64,000 nucleotides of DNA from a virus. The stretch lies in the IMG/VR virus record IMGVR_UViG_3300013137_000017, positions 2,802-66,801 of that record. The stretch is one strand, 5' to 3'. The position numbers were made by a program, and so were the translations under genes. Below, piece after piece: positions 37,562-48,251 of the stretch. Within the stretch, counting starts at the first letter, position 1; every line of letters begins with the position of its first letter. Below the pieces are notes generated by a model that was given only the letters and a program-made list of their open reading frames with translations, had not been told where the DNA came from and did no database searches.

Positions 37562-39424
37562 TTACATCTTACTAAGCATCAGTGCCTGAATCTTCTTATT
37601 CCATAATGCATCCTCATATTGCTTATAATTCATGAACTGATTAGCCAACGCTTCATTTCTTGCTACATTCTGAGCAAACCTCATATTAGATTCTTTTTCT
37701 TCCAATGCTGTATTTATCTGATTTACACGAGCTGCTTCTGCCTGATTTCGTATAATAGATTCCATAGCATATTGAGCATTTGTCTTTTGTGTATCGGACG
37801 CAACTTTCATATTTTCCATTCCGGCAGCCAATGAGACTTTCTCTTTTGATTCAAGAAACTTCGCAATCATTTCTCTTGGATCAATACCACGTTCCTGAAA
37901 CTCACTCATGACGGTTTTAAGATCCTGGCTTAAGGAATTTTGAATAGATGCTTCATTAAAAAATCTCGGAGTGATTTGCGTAGGAGTAATATAACTCGGT
38001 GACATTCGTATTTTTTCAGGTCGTGGTTGAAGCATTGTACTTAGGTTATATAAGAGATTTCCTACAAACGCTGCTTCGTCTCCACCAAAACTGAATTCTT
38101 CACCAGATTTTTTTATCTCTGAAGGGAATTCTCCTAATGGCCTTTTCGATATTTTATTTTTCCCACGAGCTAAAAGGTTTTCATCCAGTGTTTTTTTATA
38201 CGAGAATCCATCTGCATCTAAAGTTGGAATTTTTGTCAAAGGATATATTTTTCTTGTTATAGCAAGATCAGCATATCCAGGTGAATTTGAAGGAGCTTCT
38301 TTTGTAGTATTTGAAGGAGTTTCTTCTATATTATCTGTCTCTGGCGGGTATGGAAGAAACTGTGGATTAGGAGGAGAATATGGCTTAGCAAGTTTTTTCC
38401 TAACTTGTTTCATAGATTGTTCCTTCAAATAGTCATAATGTCCTTCTGTTGGAGATCTATATTCGGAATCAAACATTCTATAAATAGGAGCATTTATATC
38501 ACCCCAAAAATCTTTCATGTTTTGAGTTTGTTCTTTTTGTATTCTTGTATTTCTATCTTTCATATTTTCTCCTTGCCTGAGTGTCCAATAAGGGGGATCA
38601 TCTTCAACCAATCCATATTGAGCCATATTGCCAACATCAGGAACATCATCAAGCACTGAAACAAGAGGTTCTCCAGATGCAAGTCTTTGCTGTTGTTCTT
38701 TATTAAGTATAGCTTCTCCTGGAGCAAGTTTAGCATTTACACCACCACCTTCATGCGAAGGCCCAACTACAGGTCTGACGTTATTAATCTGGTATATCCC
38801 AGGAGTAAACGATATTTTTATCTCTCCTCCTTCAGCTTCAACATTTTTTCCTCCACCACGAAGTGTTGTTTTCATATCAGAATTAAACAGATTATCTCCT
38901 TTTAACGGCCCTTGACCCATACCACCAATATCAATGAAATTTATATTTGTAGATTCTGGCATAGATATAGGTAATTCTGGAGCATCTGTAGATTTTGACA
39001 TAGATACAGGTAATTCTGGAGCATCATTAAAATCAGCTTTAAAAGGAACAGAAGATTTTGCTAACTTATCTACTTCTTTATTGATTTTTTGATATGCTTT
39101 ATCTAATTTCTTGTTATCTTCTGTCATCTCTGGAAAGACTCCACTTGATCCGAGAACTGATGCTGATGTAGCGTTCAATGCCTGGGCGACATCTGCCATC
39201 TCACCAAATTGGTTCTTGCGTTTATATGCCGGCGTAATCATCCTACGAGACATATCTAACGAACCTCCAGATAGAGATCCTGTCATTCCTGTAATACCAG
39301 AGTTAAATACACCTTCCTTCATAGGTATATCATCATATCCGTATTCATCTCCAAGATACTTCCATAACTCACTTATCCCACCGGCTAATCCGCCAAGCAT
39401 TGATAATCCCGCTGTTGCTGACAT
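37562..39424 (-). CDS. probable ejected cargo protein
   Basis: Gly-rich hydrophobic N-terminus; NVEAEGGE...GPSHEGGGV motif; Gln/Asn/Ala-rich coiled C-terminus; follows the muzzle gene. Confidence 0.7.
   Translation of the reverse strand: MSATAGLSMLGGLAGGISELWKYLGDEYGYDDIPMKEGVFNSGITGMTGSLSGGSLDMSRRMITPAYKRKNQFGEMADVAQALNATSASVLGSSGVFPEMTEDNKKLDKAYQKINKEVDKLAKSSVPFKADFNDAPELPVSMSKSTDAPELPISMPESTNINFIDIGGMGQGPLKGDNLFNSDMKTTLRGGGKNVEAEGGEIKISFTPGIYQINNVRPVVGPSHEGGGVNAKLAPGEAILNKEQQQRLASGEPLVSVLDDVPDVGNMAQYGLVEDDPPYWTLRQGENMKDRNTRIQKEQTQNMKDFWGDINAPIYRMFDSEYRSPTEGHYDYLKEQSMKQVRKKLAKPYSPPNPQFLPYPPETDNIEETPSNTTKEAPSNSPGYADLAITRKIYPLTKIPTLDADGFSYKKTLDENLLARGKNKISKRPLGEFPSEIKKSGEEFSFGGDEAAFVGNLLYNLSTMLQPRPEKIRMSPSYITPTQITPRFFNEASIQNSLSQDLKTVMSEFQERGIDPREMIAKFLESKEKVSLAAGMENMKVASDTQKTNAQYAMESIIRNQAEAARVNQINTALEEKESNMRFAQNVARNEALANQFMNYKQYEDALWNKKIQALMLSKM
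38948..39025. repeat. 39-bp tandem duplication (2 copies) within the cargo gene
   Basis: Encodes DAPELPVSMSKST / DAPELPISMPEST. Confidence 0.85.
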
Positions 39425-39435
39425 AATATTTTATT

Positions 39436-42400
39436 TTAAACGTGAGAAATATCAAAATTAGTAATTATTGACCGTATTTCAGGATCATTTGATCCCTTAT
39501 ACTCAATTGTTATTTTTATCCATAATCCACTGATCGCTGAATCTTCTTCAAAATCACCACCTTCAGAAGATTCTGTCGTTGTTTGTACCATAATAGGAAT
39601 CTCCCATTCTCTTTCAAGATATTCAGGAGCCATCCAGAAACGCGTATTATCAGGATCAAATTCAAATAATCCTGTTTGATATAGGGTTGTATATATGATG
39701 CGGAACAATTCATCCTTTTTAGATTCAATTGTAAGACCATTAAAAATCTTTCTGATATCAGATGCATTCATCTCTTTCTCCTGACTTAATCCATTGACAA
39801 TGATAGTCAGTTTTGCTGTTTGCTGAATGCCTTTAAATGTATTGTATCCGGAAACAGAGTTATATTTCCATATCTCGTTTGTCTGGATATACTCCTGTCC
39901 GAAAGATCTGGGCATCTGTAATTCATGTCTTGAAGAAAGAAGTTGTTTTCCAAGATTCATGTACATGCTCTCATAAAATGTATAGTCTCCTTTATAACCC
40001 TCTTTTATCTCTCCATACACAAGTGTTCTTCCAATATAACCACTCTCTCCGTGCAATAAAAACGAGAATAACACTTCTTTGTTATCCGGATCATAACCAG
40101 ACACTATTCCAATACCGCTCAATGGGGTATCCGGTATTCTTGAAGTTCTATCCATACTGGTAGAATACAGGTCAAATGTTGTTTCTATCTCATGTTGGAA
40201 CATTTTCCCAGTACCAATATCGGTTACTCCAAGAAAAAATCCACCGCCCTGGGATTGAAACATATTCACGCGCCATAGTATTCGTTTTGACGCATCAACA
40301 CCATAGCCACCAAGTTCTCCCATCATAAGTGAGGATTTATGTTGTGATCCAAACTTAGCTATGTTTCGAAATCTCTCACTTAGAAATGACGCAGCACCTC
40401 CAAGAACATTAACTCCAAATTCATTTTCCTGAACAGCTCTTTCGTTGATATATATCTGATTGATGCCTCTTTCATGAACAAGATATACATAGTCAAGAAT
40501 TTTCATCACACCTGTTATCGGCCCATTTTCTATTCCATAATCTTTAAACGATTCGGGTTCTATAATTCGATAAGCATCCAGAAAACTTCCTTCTATATGT
40601 TTGTTTGAGACATAGACACGATTTGATTTTTCAAGGACTTCTTCCGGTTCGGTTACTTCAAAACCCTGTTTGACTTTATCAGATAATATTTTACGATATC
40701 CTTCATTTACCTGAGTAGCTTCCGCAATATACGATCCTGCAGCAGTAAGCGCCCATTCCTTAGCTGTTGCTCCATTAGTTCTTGCATGAGGCCAGAATGT
40801 ATAATTCACAAATTCCCCTCCGCTGTCTTTTCCAACAACATCGTTACGAAGTTCCGTATTATATTTATTCTCTGTAACAATACCAATCATCATACCATGC
40901 TGGTATGCTATTCCGCAATAATCTCCCCAGGTTGCTCCATAGATGGATGGATTGCCTATAACGCCATCCTCACCATGATCTTCCATTGCATACCAACGAT
41001 GTGTCCTAAACCATGTCTTTTGAAGAAAACAATCTCCGCAATACAGTTCAATCTCATTTGAAAAGTCGGCAGTAAGAGCATAATGCTGAGATATGTTTGA
41101 ATATAATGTTGTACTTGGATTAAAAGCTGTTCTGGTATCTGAAAAAAACGTATCGTTGTTTTCGTATTTATAGAGATTTACGATATTTATCTTGCTGGCA
41201 TAGGGAGAATTCAGGTCAAAGTGAAGTTCCCGCAGATCCTTATCATCGCTAAGGTCTTCCAATCCTATGTATCTTGAAGTTCCTATATTGCGATTTTTCA
41301 TAGATCCATCCCATATGGTAAATGCTCTGTCATCTCCACCGGAAAAATATGATGAAAAGTTAAGGAGTCCTCTACGTTGTCCTTTTTCAACAAACGAAGA
41401 TGCAACGGGAATAAAAGATTCTGATTTAAGCGTTATATATGTATTTGCTCCACTTATTATCGCAGGAAGTCTATAGTTAAGATCCAGACAATAGTTCTGT
41501 GGTCGGAATGCGCCAGGATCTTCTGTTAACCAGGAAGCAAGTCCTTGCGTCGGGTGATGGAACTCAAACAAAGGCGTGATATATGCATCGAGAGGTATCT
41601 CTGTATCTCTTGCAAATAAGATATCAGGAGAGAAAAGCCCATGTTTATTATCATAAGCATTGTTAGTACCGGAAATATAGTCTGTCTTTTTTGGCAAGGT
41701 AAGTGGTGCGGTGATCCATCCGGGAGAATGGCAAGAATCAGTATATGATCCTGTTTCGTCTGCAAGTCCATAAGTATAGACATCCCCACTTAGATCTCTA
41801 ACCATCATAAAAGGCATCTGACCAAACAATAAAGGGATGATAGCTGCATTAGACGGGTCATACGAAGTCCCAGGTGGTTCGGCAGTAGTGTCGTATTCTC
41901 CAAAGAACGAATACTTGCCATACGCGCCATCATTAAATACAGGGCCTCCGGGATCAGACGTGATTTCTAATCCATTAAATCCACGCATCAAAGCTCCCTG
42001 GCAAATGAGATTATCAATTTTGTCAGCTCTTACAAAATAAAATCCTGTTGTGTTCCCAAAATTCGTAAGTTTATCTTCTGCAGACATACCATCATAATAT
42101 GCCTGAGCTACGGAACAATCGAAGTTGACACCAAGAATCTTATTTTGTTTGGTAGATTCAATGGTATCACTCCAATCGGGGAAACGATAGAGTCCGGTAC
42201 AAGTATCTGGATCACCAAGTATATCGGATGCGTGATTTCCTTTTACCGGAAACACTTCACTCTCTGTACCGTTATCAAAACGAAACTTTATCCCGAATGG
42301 ATATATTTCTTTACGGAAATAACCGACATATTTTCTTACATTATTTCCATTTTGGTATCCCTGAAGTTCTGTCACGCTTCCGGAATCCGTCTCAGAGAGT

Positions 42401-43548
42401 GTAGGATAATCAGTAGGAATTATGCCAGATTTATAGAAATGTCCTACTTCGATTTTGGATGCAAATGTCCGGAGTGATTCTCTTTCATATATTGTTGAAG
42501 ATTTTTTCCAATTCACTCCAATATATCTGTCTTGAATTTGAAAATGATCTTTGCAGATATTATATTCTGATGTAGGAACAATTATTTCCGAGAAGGTAAG
42601 TGTAAGTTTTGATTCAAATCCTGTAAGATAAATTTCATCATTTATGAACTCAATAGGATATAGTTTGTCAACGAGATAGATATCTTTAGTAGCAACGGCA
42701 TTTTCCTGCATGGAAGAATACCGCGTAACGCCAATTTCGATATAACTATAATTTTTATCAATATTGCTAACAGCCAACCGGATTTTTTTATCTGTAACGG
42801 ATTTTACATTACGTGTCCATTGCATTTCCTGCAGTCCATTAGCAGAAGAAAATGTATTGTTATCCATCACTGAAAACGGGCCTATTTCAAAGAGAAACGG
42901 AGTTCTTGCATAATCGGAAGTAACGTATCGCAGATATATAAAGTAGTTTCCTGGATCAAGGATTCCTCCTTTTATGACATCTGTTCTATCAAGTATATGG
43001 ATAAACTTATTGGAATTTGGGAGATGATCTATTGATCCTTCAAAACTGCCTTCAGAATATATCCTGGAATTTTGTTCATAAGTGCTGTAATTAAATCCAC
43101 TATTGATAACTTTATTTGGATTATTATCATCGCAGAGATAAAGATCAATACTTCCATCATATGAGTCTTTCCCTATTATAGTAACCGGATAGTCTGTATT
43201 GAAATTAAAGAGTGTGGTACGAAACACTCCTCCTGTAAAGTTAGGAAGAGGTTTATACTGTTGCAAACCGTCATAAGAAGGATATGATCCTATTTCCCCT
43301 TGCAGTGTAGCAGAATTATATAATGCGAGAAAAAGAATCCCATCATGCTCATATGATCCCATTGGTTGAAAACCAGGCGTCACCTCGAAATATAATTCAT
43401 CGGAAGGAATTACAGAAGCAATGAATCCTTTTCCATCTTTATTGAAAAACCGAAAGTTTTGTGTTGGAGATGTCCAGTGCATAGATGAGATCAACGAAGG
43501 ATCGATATCCGTAACAAGAGATTCAAGAAATTTATTCTTCGCATTCAT
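39436..43548 (-). CDS. tail stabilization / muzzle-like protein
   Basis: 1370 aa, beta-rich; YFRKEIYPFGI.F; FGSQHKSS; GYDPDNKEVLF; crAss-like gene order. Confidence 0.75.
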   Translation of the reverse strand: MNAKNKFLESLVTDIDPSLISSMHWTSPTQNFRFFNKDGKGFIASVIPSDELYFEVTPGFQPMGSYEHDGILFLALYNSATLQGEIGSYPSYDGLQQYKPLPNFTGGVFRTTLFNFNTDYPVTIIGKDSYDGSIDLYLCDDNNPNKVINSGFNYSTYEQNSRIYSEGSFEGSIDHLPNSNKFIHILDRTDVIKGGILDPGNYFIYLRYVTSDYARTPFLFEIGPFSVMDNNTFSSANGLQEMQWTRNVKSVTDKKIRLAVSNIDKNYSYIEIGVTRYSSMQENAVATKDIYLVDKLYPIEFINDEIYLTGFESKLTLTFSEIIVPTSEYNICKDHFQIQDRYIGVNWKKSSTIYERESLRTFASKIEVGHFYKSGIIPTDYPTLSETDSGSVTELQGYQNGNNVRKYVGYFRKEIYPFGIKFRFDNGTESEVFPVKGNHASDILGDPDTCTGLYRFPDWSDTIESTKQNKILGVNFDCSVAQAYYDGMSAEDKLTNFGNTTGFYFVRADKIDNLICQGALMRGFNGLEITSDPGGPVFNDGAYGKYSFFGEYDTTAEPPGTSYDPSNAAIIPLLFGQMPFMMVRDLSGDVYTYGLADETGSYTDSCHSPGWITAPLTLPKKTDYISGTNNAYDNKHGLFSPDILFARDTEIPLDAYITPLFEFHHPTQGLASWLTEDPGAFRPQNYCLDLNYRLPAIISGANTYITLKSESFIPVASSFVEKGQRRGLLNFSSYFSGGDDRAFTIWDGSMKNRNIGTSRYIGLEDLSDDKDLRELHFDLNSPYASKINIVNLYKYENNDTFFSDTRTAFNPSTTLYSNISQHYALTADFSNEIELYCGDCFLQKTWFRTHRWYAMEDHGEDGVIGNPSIYGATWGDYCGIAYQHGMMIGIVTENKYNTELRNDVVGKDSGGEFVNYTFWPHARTNGATAKEWALTAAGSYIAEATQVNEGYRKILSDKVKQGFEVTEPEEVLEKSNRVYVSNKHIEGSFLDAYRIIEPESFKDYGIENGPITGVMKILDYVYLVHERGINQIYINERAVQENEFGVNVLGGAASFLSERFRNIAKFGSQHKSSLMMGELGGYGVDASKRILWRVNMFQSQGGGFFLGVTDIGTGKMFQHEIETTFDLYSTSMDRTSRIPDTPLSGIGIVSGYDPDNKEVLFSFLLHGESGYIGRTLVYGEIKEGYKGDYTFYESMYMNLGKQLLSSRHELQMPRSFGQEYIQTNEIWKYNSVSGYNTFKGIQQTAKLTIIVNGLSQEKEMNASDIRKIFNGLTIESKKDELFRIIYTTLYQTGLFEFDPDNTRFWMAPEYLEREWEIPIMVQTTTESSEGGDFEEDSAISGLWIKITIEYKGSNDPEIRSIITNFDISHV

Positions 43549-44408
43549 CGGGATTCAGTATATAGGTTCATCATAAAATTTATATCTGTCAGCATTGAAG
43601 GATCTTCATATGCTTGCATTAATAAAGTTCTGATATTTGGATTTTTTACATCTTCTTTTACGGATAATTCTGTCTTTAACAATGATCCTGGTTGTAACCC
43701 AATAGATGGGGTAATAAATTTATCAGTGGTAAGTTGAGGAACAATTGCGGTATTATCAGCAACCGATGGTTGTATTTCAGGAATATATTTCCTTGTATCA
43801 ACAGGTCGTCTATGTGGATATCTTTCATAAAGATTACTTAGTACCTCTCCTCTTGTAAGTACTTCATCTTTATTTACATCATAACCTGAATTTTGAATTG
43901 CCACTATCCTCCTATTTTTTTCGCCTAAAACATAATCATCATCTTTCTTTATTGCTGATGGATAGAATACAGAGAAATAAGCATCTTCAAATGTATTGAT
44001 CCTTCCTTTATATGGTTTAAGATATTTATAAACATAGTCCAATTGCTGTACTGCCGACATTTTCCGAAGAGCATCTACATTTGTTCCATACTGTATTGCT
44101 GTTTCTGGCATAAACTGTATAAGTCCGGTGGCTTTTGTTTTAGGATTTCTTTTTGCCGGATCAAGAGTACTTTCTGCATGAAAGATATCCATCAATATGT
44201 CGGGAGAGGTATCAAGGCTTAATGCTATGTCTGCAAGTTTCTTTGTGAACTTCGGATCATCTTTAAGTCCTCCTTCCGCTTTTGGTTTCCAATCATGTGC
44301 AATGGCACGAAAATATGCCTTCTGTTTTTTGGTAAGTTTCTTATTATGAACTTTCCCGTCAGAAAGTATTTCTTGTGCTTTTTCTGCAGATAGTTTTGTA
44401 CTCATCAT
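43545..44408 (-). CDS. lytic transglycosylase (SLT-like)
   Basis: Catalytic AES; ATGLIQFMP; QQLDYV; EF-hand-like DVNKDEVLT. Confidence 0.82.
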   Translation of the reverse strand: MMSTKLSAEKAQEILSDGKVHNKKLTKKQKAYFRAIAHDWKPKAEGGLKDDPKFTKKLADIALSLDTSPDILMDIFHAESTLDPAKRNPKTKATGLIQFMPETAIQYGTNVDALRKMSAVQQLDYVYKYLKPYKGRINTFEDAYFSVFYPSAIKKDDDYVLGEKNRRIVAIQNSGYDVNKDEVLTRGEVLSNLYERYPHRRPVDTRKYIPEIQPSVADNTAIVPQLTTDKFITPSIGLQPGSLLKTELSVKEDVKNPNIRTLLMQAYEDPSMLTDINFMMNLYTESR

Positions 44409-45034
44409 ACGCCAGCTCCCAAGATTTCATATTTCGCAACTTCCGGAAGTTCGTCATACATTATTGCGTCATTCCGTTCAAGATCGCGTCTTGACTTATT
44501 CTTTGCCTTGTAACTCATTGCCGCAAGTAGTTCGGCACCTCTATTGTACTCAAGTCTGTTTTTTGCATCCACGCTTATTCTGTCATGGAGAATATCTTCA
44601 TAATGCAGCATATAAAGACAGTAGTGCAGACAAGCGTTCTCATGACCTTTTATGATTAACGGAAGACCTGTTTCAAGATCCACCGGATGACCTTCGTAAT
44701 CGATATAAATCGTTGTCAATGTCATGTCAGATCGAAAGACAAGAAATTCTCCGGCATTATTATATTCTACTGCTGTTGCAGTATTGCCATTCTTGTCATA
44801 TACGTCAAGGATACGATAGACATTACATGGCAACCATGCCCGGCTATTGGCAACGGTTAACGGGAATGCACGATAGTGATACATGTTATCGACATCGCCG
44901 AGAATCTCTTTTTCTACTTCCTGGCACCATCTTTTAACATCTCTCTCATTGATGGTTTTCCCAGAAGTCTTTAAAAGAGAGGTTAGTCTGACCAGAATGT
45001 TTTTGTGCGAGGTATATAAAGAATTTTCTGTCAT
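44405..45034 (-). CDS. tail ring / tail tubular protein
   Basis: LPCNVYRI..., IDYEG..D...GLPLI pattern; position in tail module. Confidence 0.7.
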   Translation of the reverse strand: MTENSLYTSHKNILVRLTSLLKTSGKTINERDVKRWCQEVEKEILGDVDNMYHYRAFPLTVANSRAWLPCNVYRILDVYDKNGNTATAVEYNNAGEFLVFRSDMTLTTIYIDYEGHPVDLETGLPLIIKGHENACLHYCLYMLHYEDILHDRISVDAKNRLEYNRGAELLAAMSYKAKNKSRRDLERNDAIMYDELPEVAKYEILGAGV

Positions 45035-45590
45035 GTTCTCTTTTTTTATCAGTTACAACCTGTTTTTTTCTCGGCTTATTTATCTTTGGTACTTTTTCAT
45101 AAACTTTGCCAGCTCTTTTGAGTCCTGTAAATATGCCTGATCCTTTCCTGTTTAAGACAAGTATCGGCCATAATTTGATTCTTGAACGAACACTATTTGG
45201 AAAGATAGCTGTTGGCCGATAGTTTTTTCCTCTGGTTTCCGGATCATATTCATAACCTTTTACTTCTCTGTTATCTGCGATCATGATATAGAGAAATGGC
45301 TTTTTAGATGTATTTCTCCTTGTCCTCTTTCTGAATACATAGCATACGCCATTATAAATTATATCTTTTGATATCTCCAACAAAAATATACGTATTATCC
45401 GCAGGGCTATTAACTTCCCGCTTTTTTTTGGATACTGATATGTCTTCCATTTTATCTTTCCTTTAAAAAATTCCGCCCATGTTTTCTTCCCGGCGATAGA
45501 TTCCATCTCACACCAGTCTTCATTCATTATTTCCGAATAGTCAACGGTAGCATTTTTTAGTAGTCTTGCTGCCTTAATTCTCTTGTTCAT
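44946..45590 (-). CDS. basic protein, possible divergent IHF/HU-like
   Basis: Very basic; IIRIFLLEISKDIIYNG.CYVF helix-beta pattern; crAss-like tail modules carry IHF-like genes here. Confidence 0.45.
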   Translation of the reverse strand: MNKRIKAARLLKNATVDYSEIMNEDWCEMESIAGKKTWAEFFKGKIKWKTYQYPKKSGKLIALRIIRIFLLEISKDIIYNGVCYVFRKRTRRNTSKKPFLYIMIADNREVKGYEYDPETRGKNYRPTAIFPNSVRSRIKLWPILVLNRKGSGIFTGLKRAGKVYEKVPKINKPRKKQVVTDKKREHDRKFFIYLAQKHSGQTNLSFKDFWENHQ

Positions 45591-46038
45591 TAATACCTAC
45601 ATTCTTATATAACTCTCCCCTTGCTTCTTTTGCTTCGTTTAAAATTCGAAGCCGTCGCTGATTTACATCTCCTTTAAACACTCTTTTATCTTTTGCTTTA
45701 AGGTCTATATTCAAAAATTCATTGGTTGCCTTTACCATGTCGAATTTACCATATTTATCTGTTACCGGATCTTCCGTAAATTCATCGCTGAACTTTTCAT
45801 CAGGCCCACGCATATCGGCAGAGGCTGTCTCAGTTGGAAAATACGCACATACTATTTCAGGAACATAGTATTCCACATCATCCACTGTTACGACATAATG
45901 TTTCATCACCTGTTTTGTAGGTGGATCTGTGCATACATTGCAAAACAACTCAACATATTCAGTTCTTTCGACATCATATTCCTGCCCGACGAGAAACCAT
46001 CGGTCAGTAATATATTGTAATGCTATCATCTTAATCAT
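45574..46038 (-). CDS. hypothetical protein
   Basis: 154-aa ORF with CNVC. Confidence 0.65.
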   Translation of the reverse strand: MIKMIALQYITDRWFLVGQEYDVERTEYVELFCNVCTDPPTKQVMKHYVVTVDDVEYYVPEIVCAYFPTETASADMRGPDEKFSDEFTEDPVTDKYGKFDMVKATNEFLNIDLKAKDKRVFKGDVNQRRLRILNEAKEARGELYKNVGINEQEN

Positions 46039-46681
46039 CTGACTGTTGTTGTCTTTGTGGTGGTGTTATAGTTCTTTGTGCATCATGGATAAGATCTGGT
46101 TGCATTGAAGGCCATAGGATATCTTTCTTTACAAGCATCTTAAGTTTTAGATCTGACGGACAAGGAAAATCATTATCATCTGTCCAGTCACAGGCATCTG
46201 TAGGATCTTCAAGCAACAATGATCCGACAAGTCTTTGCGACAATAAAGGAAGGTTGCGGAATATGGCAACATCGCCGATTGTTGTGAACATAGGATCTTT
46301 ATCCTCTGCGTAGATAAATTCATCCAGGCTTACCCTATCTATTTTTTTTACGAATCCGAATACACCAAGAAACTGTATGTTTCTCCATCCTATGCTTTTC
46401 ATCAGTGGAGGTAATTCCGCAGAATAGTATATATCATCGTCTTCGAACACAACTCCTGCAATAGTACATGATCCTTTATGGCAATCGATTTCGATACATT
46501 CTACGATCTGATAGTATCCATCCGGTGGTTGTTTTTCACTTATCAGTGCATCTTTAACAAGGGTCTTGTTAACGGATATGATCTGTGCACGGAGATACTC
46601 ATATTCATATTTTGTATCATCTGTTATAGCATGAGAGTCCAGTTCTTCCCATATACTATATACAAGTTCGCGTAATGTCAT
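46031..46681 (-). CDS. tail ring / head-tail connector protein
   Basis: MTLRELVYSI..., YQIVECIEI, LLEDP...DFPCP; crAss-like gene order. Confidence 0.7.
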   Translation of the reverse strand: MTLRELVYSIWEELDSHAITDDTKYEYEYLRAQIISVNKTLVKDALISEKQPPDGYYQIVECIEIDCHKGSCTIAGVVFEDDDIYYSAELPPLMKSIGWRNIQFLGVFGFVKKIDRVSLDEFIYAEDKDPMFTTIGDVAIFRNLPLLSQRLVGSLLLEDPTDACDWTDDNDFPCPSDLKLKMLVKKDILWPSMQPDLIHDAQRTITPPQRQQQSDD

Positions 46682-46694
46682 GGCTTATGATTTT

Positions 46695-46735
46695 AAGAAA
46701 TAAGAGGGAGAGGGAAAAGTCTCCCGCCCCCTCTT
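46695..46735 (-). terminator. intrinsic terminator after the capsid operon
   Basis: AAGAGGGGGCGGGA-loop-TCCCTCTCCCTCTT followed by ATTTCTT on the - strand. Confidence 0.7.
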
Positions 46736-46755
46736 TTATGTTACTCTAAGCCAGC

Positions 46756-48228
46756 CTATGATGGCCAGGAATATCCAAGATTACTTCCATACCACGCATC
46801 GAGCAAGGCATCGAAAGCTGTATCGGCACTGAACCCTGTATCAGCAGCTTCAGCCATATACTGACCGCTGGTTGGATTATTTGCATCCCACAGGCTTGTC
46901 GCGAACAGGCCACTCTTAATATAAATATCGACCATGCTCTTATGGTTGTCTTCATGTGAAGCACCATGGATAGCACCTATTGAAGCGGTATATTCGATGT
47001 GTAGTTTGCAGTATGTTGCATCTTCAGTAGGCTGTACTATATACGTCATGTTGCTCAATGCACCAAGACCGGAATCATTAAGGAACAGGCGGAACACATC
47101 ATCGGCTGTAAGACGTGGAAACCGGCCAATAGGATGTCCCCATGTGGTATAGTTCAGCTTTACAATACCTGTCACGCCAAAACTTGCCCATGTAATATCA
47201 GTGATGTCGCCATTTCCATAGATCCATATTGTAGTAGCTGCAGTAAGACGCAGACAGGCATATGCTCCAAGAGAAGCTCCATCAGCATTGAATCCGGCAA
47301 CATACCCTGCAGGATCATGAGCGCCAGCCGTATAGCCATAAGCTGTACCATTGATATAGTATGTCAATGTACCTGCATCATTTGTAGCGGCGTCAAGAGC
47401 CTGAATGGTAAGTCCGCGGTTTGTAGCAAATCCACTGTCAAACTCAATCTCAAACTGACTGTTAACGTTTCTCGACGTAATCCATACTTCCCTTGTGATA
47501 TTATCAATAGCATGTGCTCCGCCACCATCTTCAAGAGTAAAAATAAGTCCTGCATTGATAGATGTGATCAATACCTGTGTGGTAGATATCGCCATAGCAT
47601 AGAAATAATCATCAAAAGTAGTGTCTGCATTCAGGTCATTGACAGCCCCTGCAATAGTAGCATCATTTGTAAGTGTGACTGTCACGATTAGCGTTCCGGA
47701 TGAATTATAAAGCGAAACTGCTTCGTCTCCATTGGTTCCGGTTGTGAATGTATAGATCCTTCTTGCGTCCGCAAATCCACCTAACGCCGTTGTATCATCC
47801 ATGATCTGGTTGATGATGTCGGTCTCGATGATAACTTTGTCTGAATCAGCAAGGAATCCACCTGAAGGAGTCTGTATGCTTTCTAAAACGCCACCATACA
47901 ACCGGCTGTCCGGATAATAGTCTGCGTTCATCACTCCCGGCTCACGAACAATCTCTTTCAGGGTAATGCCATATTCATAATTACAATCTTCGCATGGTGC
48001 AGGAGCAAGGATCGTCAATGCACGGCTTTTCAACTGACCTGCCTGTGTACAGGACTTCCTGATGGTTGTACTTCCGGAAACAAACGGAATATCAATGCCA
48101 TGTTTCTTTAAAGAAAGATGGCGTACCGTCGCAGAGGTATCAGGATCTGTATCTGTCCACATTGCGATCTCTGCTGCTGACAGCGTGTTTATTAGAATAC
48201 GCTGTGTAGGAAAATTTAAGTTTTGCAT
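46756..48228 (-). CDS. auxiliary capsid / decoration-type structural protein
   Basis: 490 aa, Thr/Gly/Ala-rich; last gene before the terminator of the MCP operon. Confidence 0.6.
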   Translation of the reverse strand: MQNLNFPTQRILINTLSAAEIAMWTDTDPDTSATVRHLSLKKHGIDIPFVSGSTTIRKSCTQAGQLKSRALTILAPAPCEDCNYEYGITLKEIVREPGVMNADYYPDSRLYGGVLESIQTPSGGFLADSDKVIIETDIINQIMDDTTALGGFADARRIYTFTTGTNGDEAVSLYNSSGTLIVTVTLTNDATIAGAVNDLNADTTFDDYFYAMAISTTQVLITSINAGLIFTLEDGGGAHAIDNITREVWITSRNVNSQFEIEFDSGFATNRGLTIQALDAATNDAGTLTYYINGTAYGYTAGAHDPAGYVAGFNADGASLGAYACLRLTAATTIWIYGNGDITDITWASFGVTGIVKLNYTTWGHPIGRFPRLTADDVFRLFLNDSGLGALSNMTYIVQPTEDATYCKLHIEYTASIGAIHGASHEDNHKSMVDIYIKSGLFATSLWDANNPTSGQYMAEAADTGFSADTAFDALLDAWYGSNLGYSWPS

Positions 48229-48251
48229 AATATTAGATTTTTAGGGTTAAA

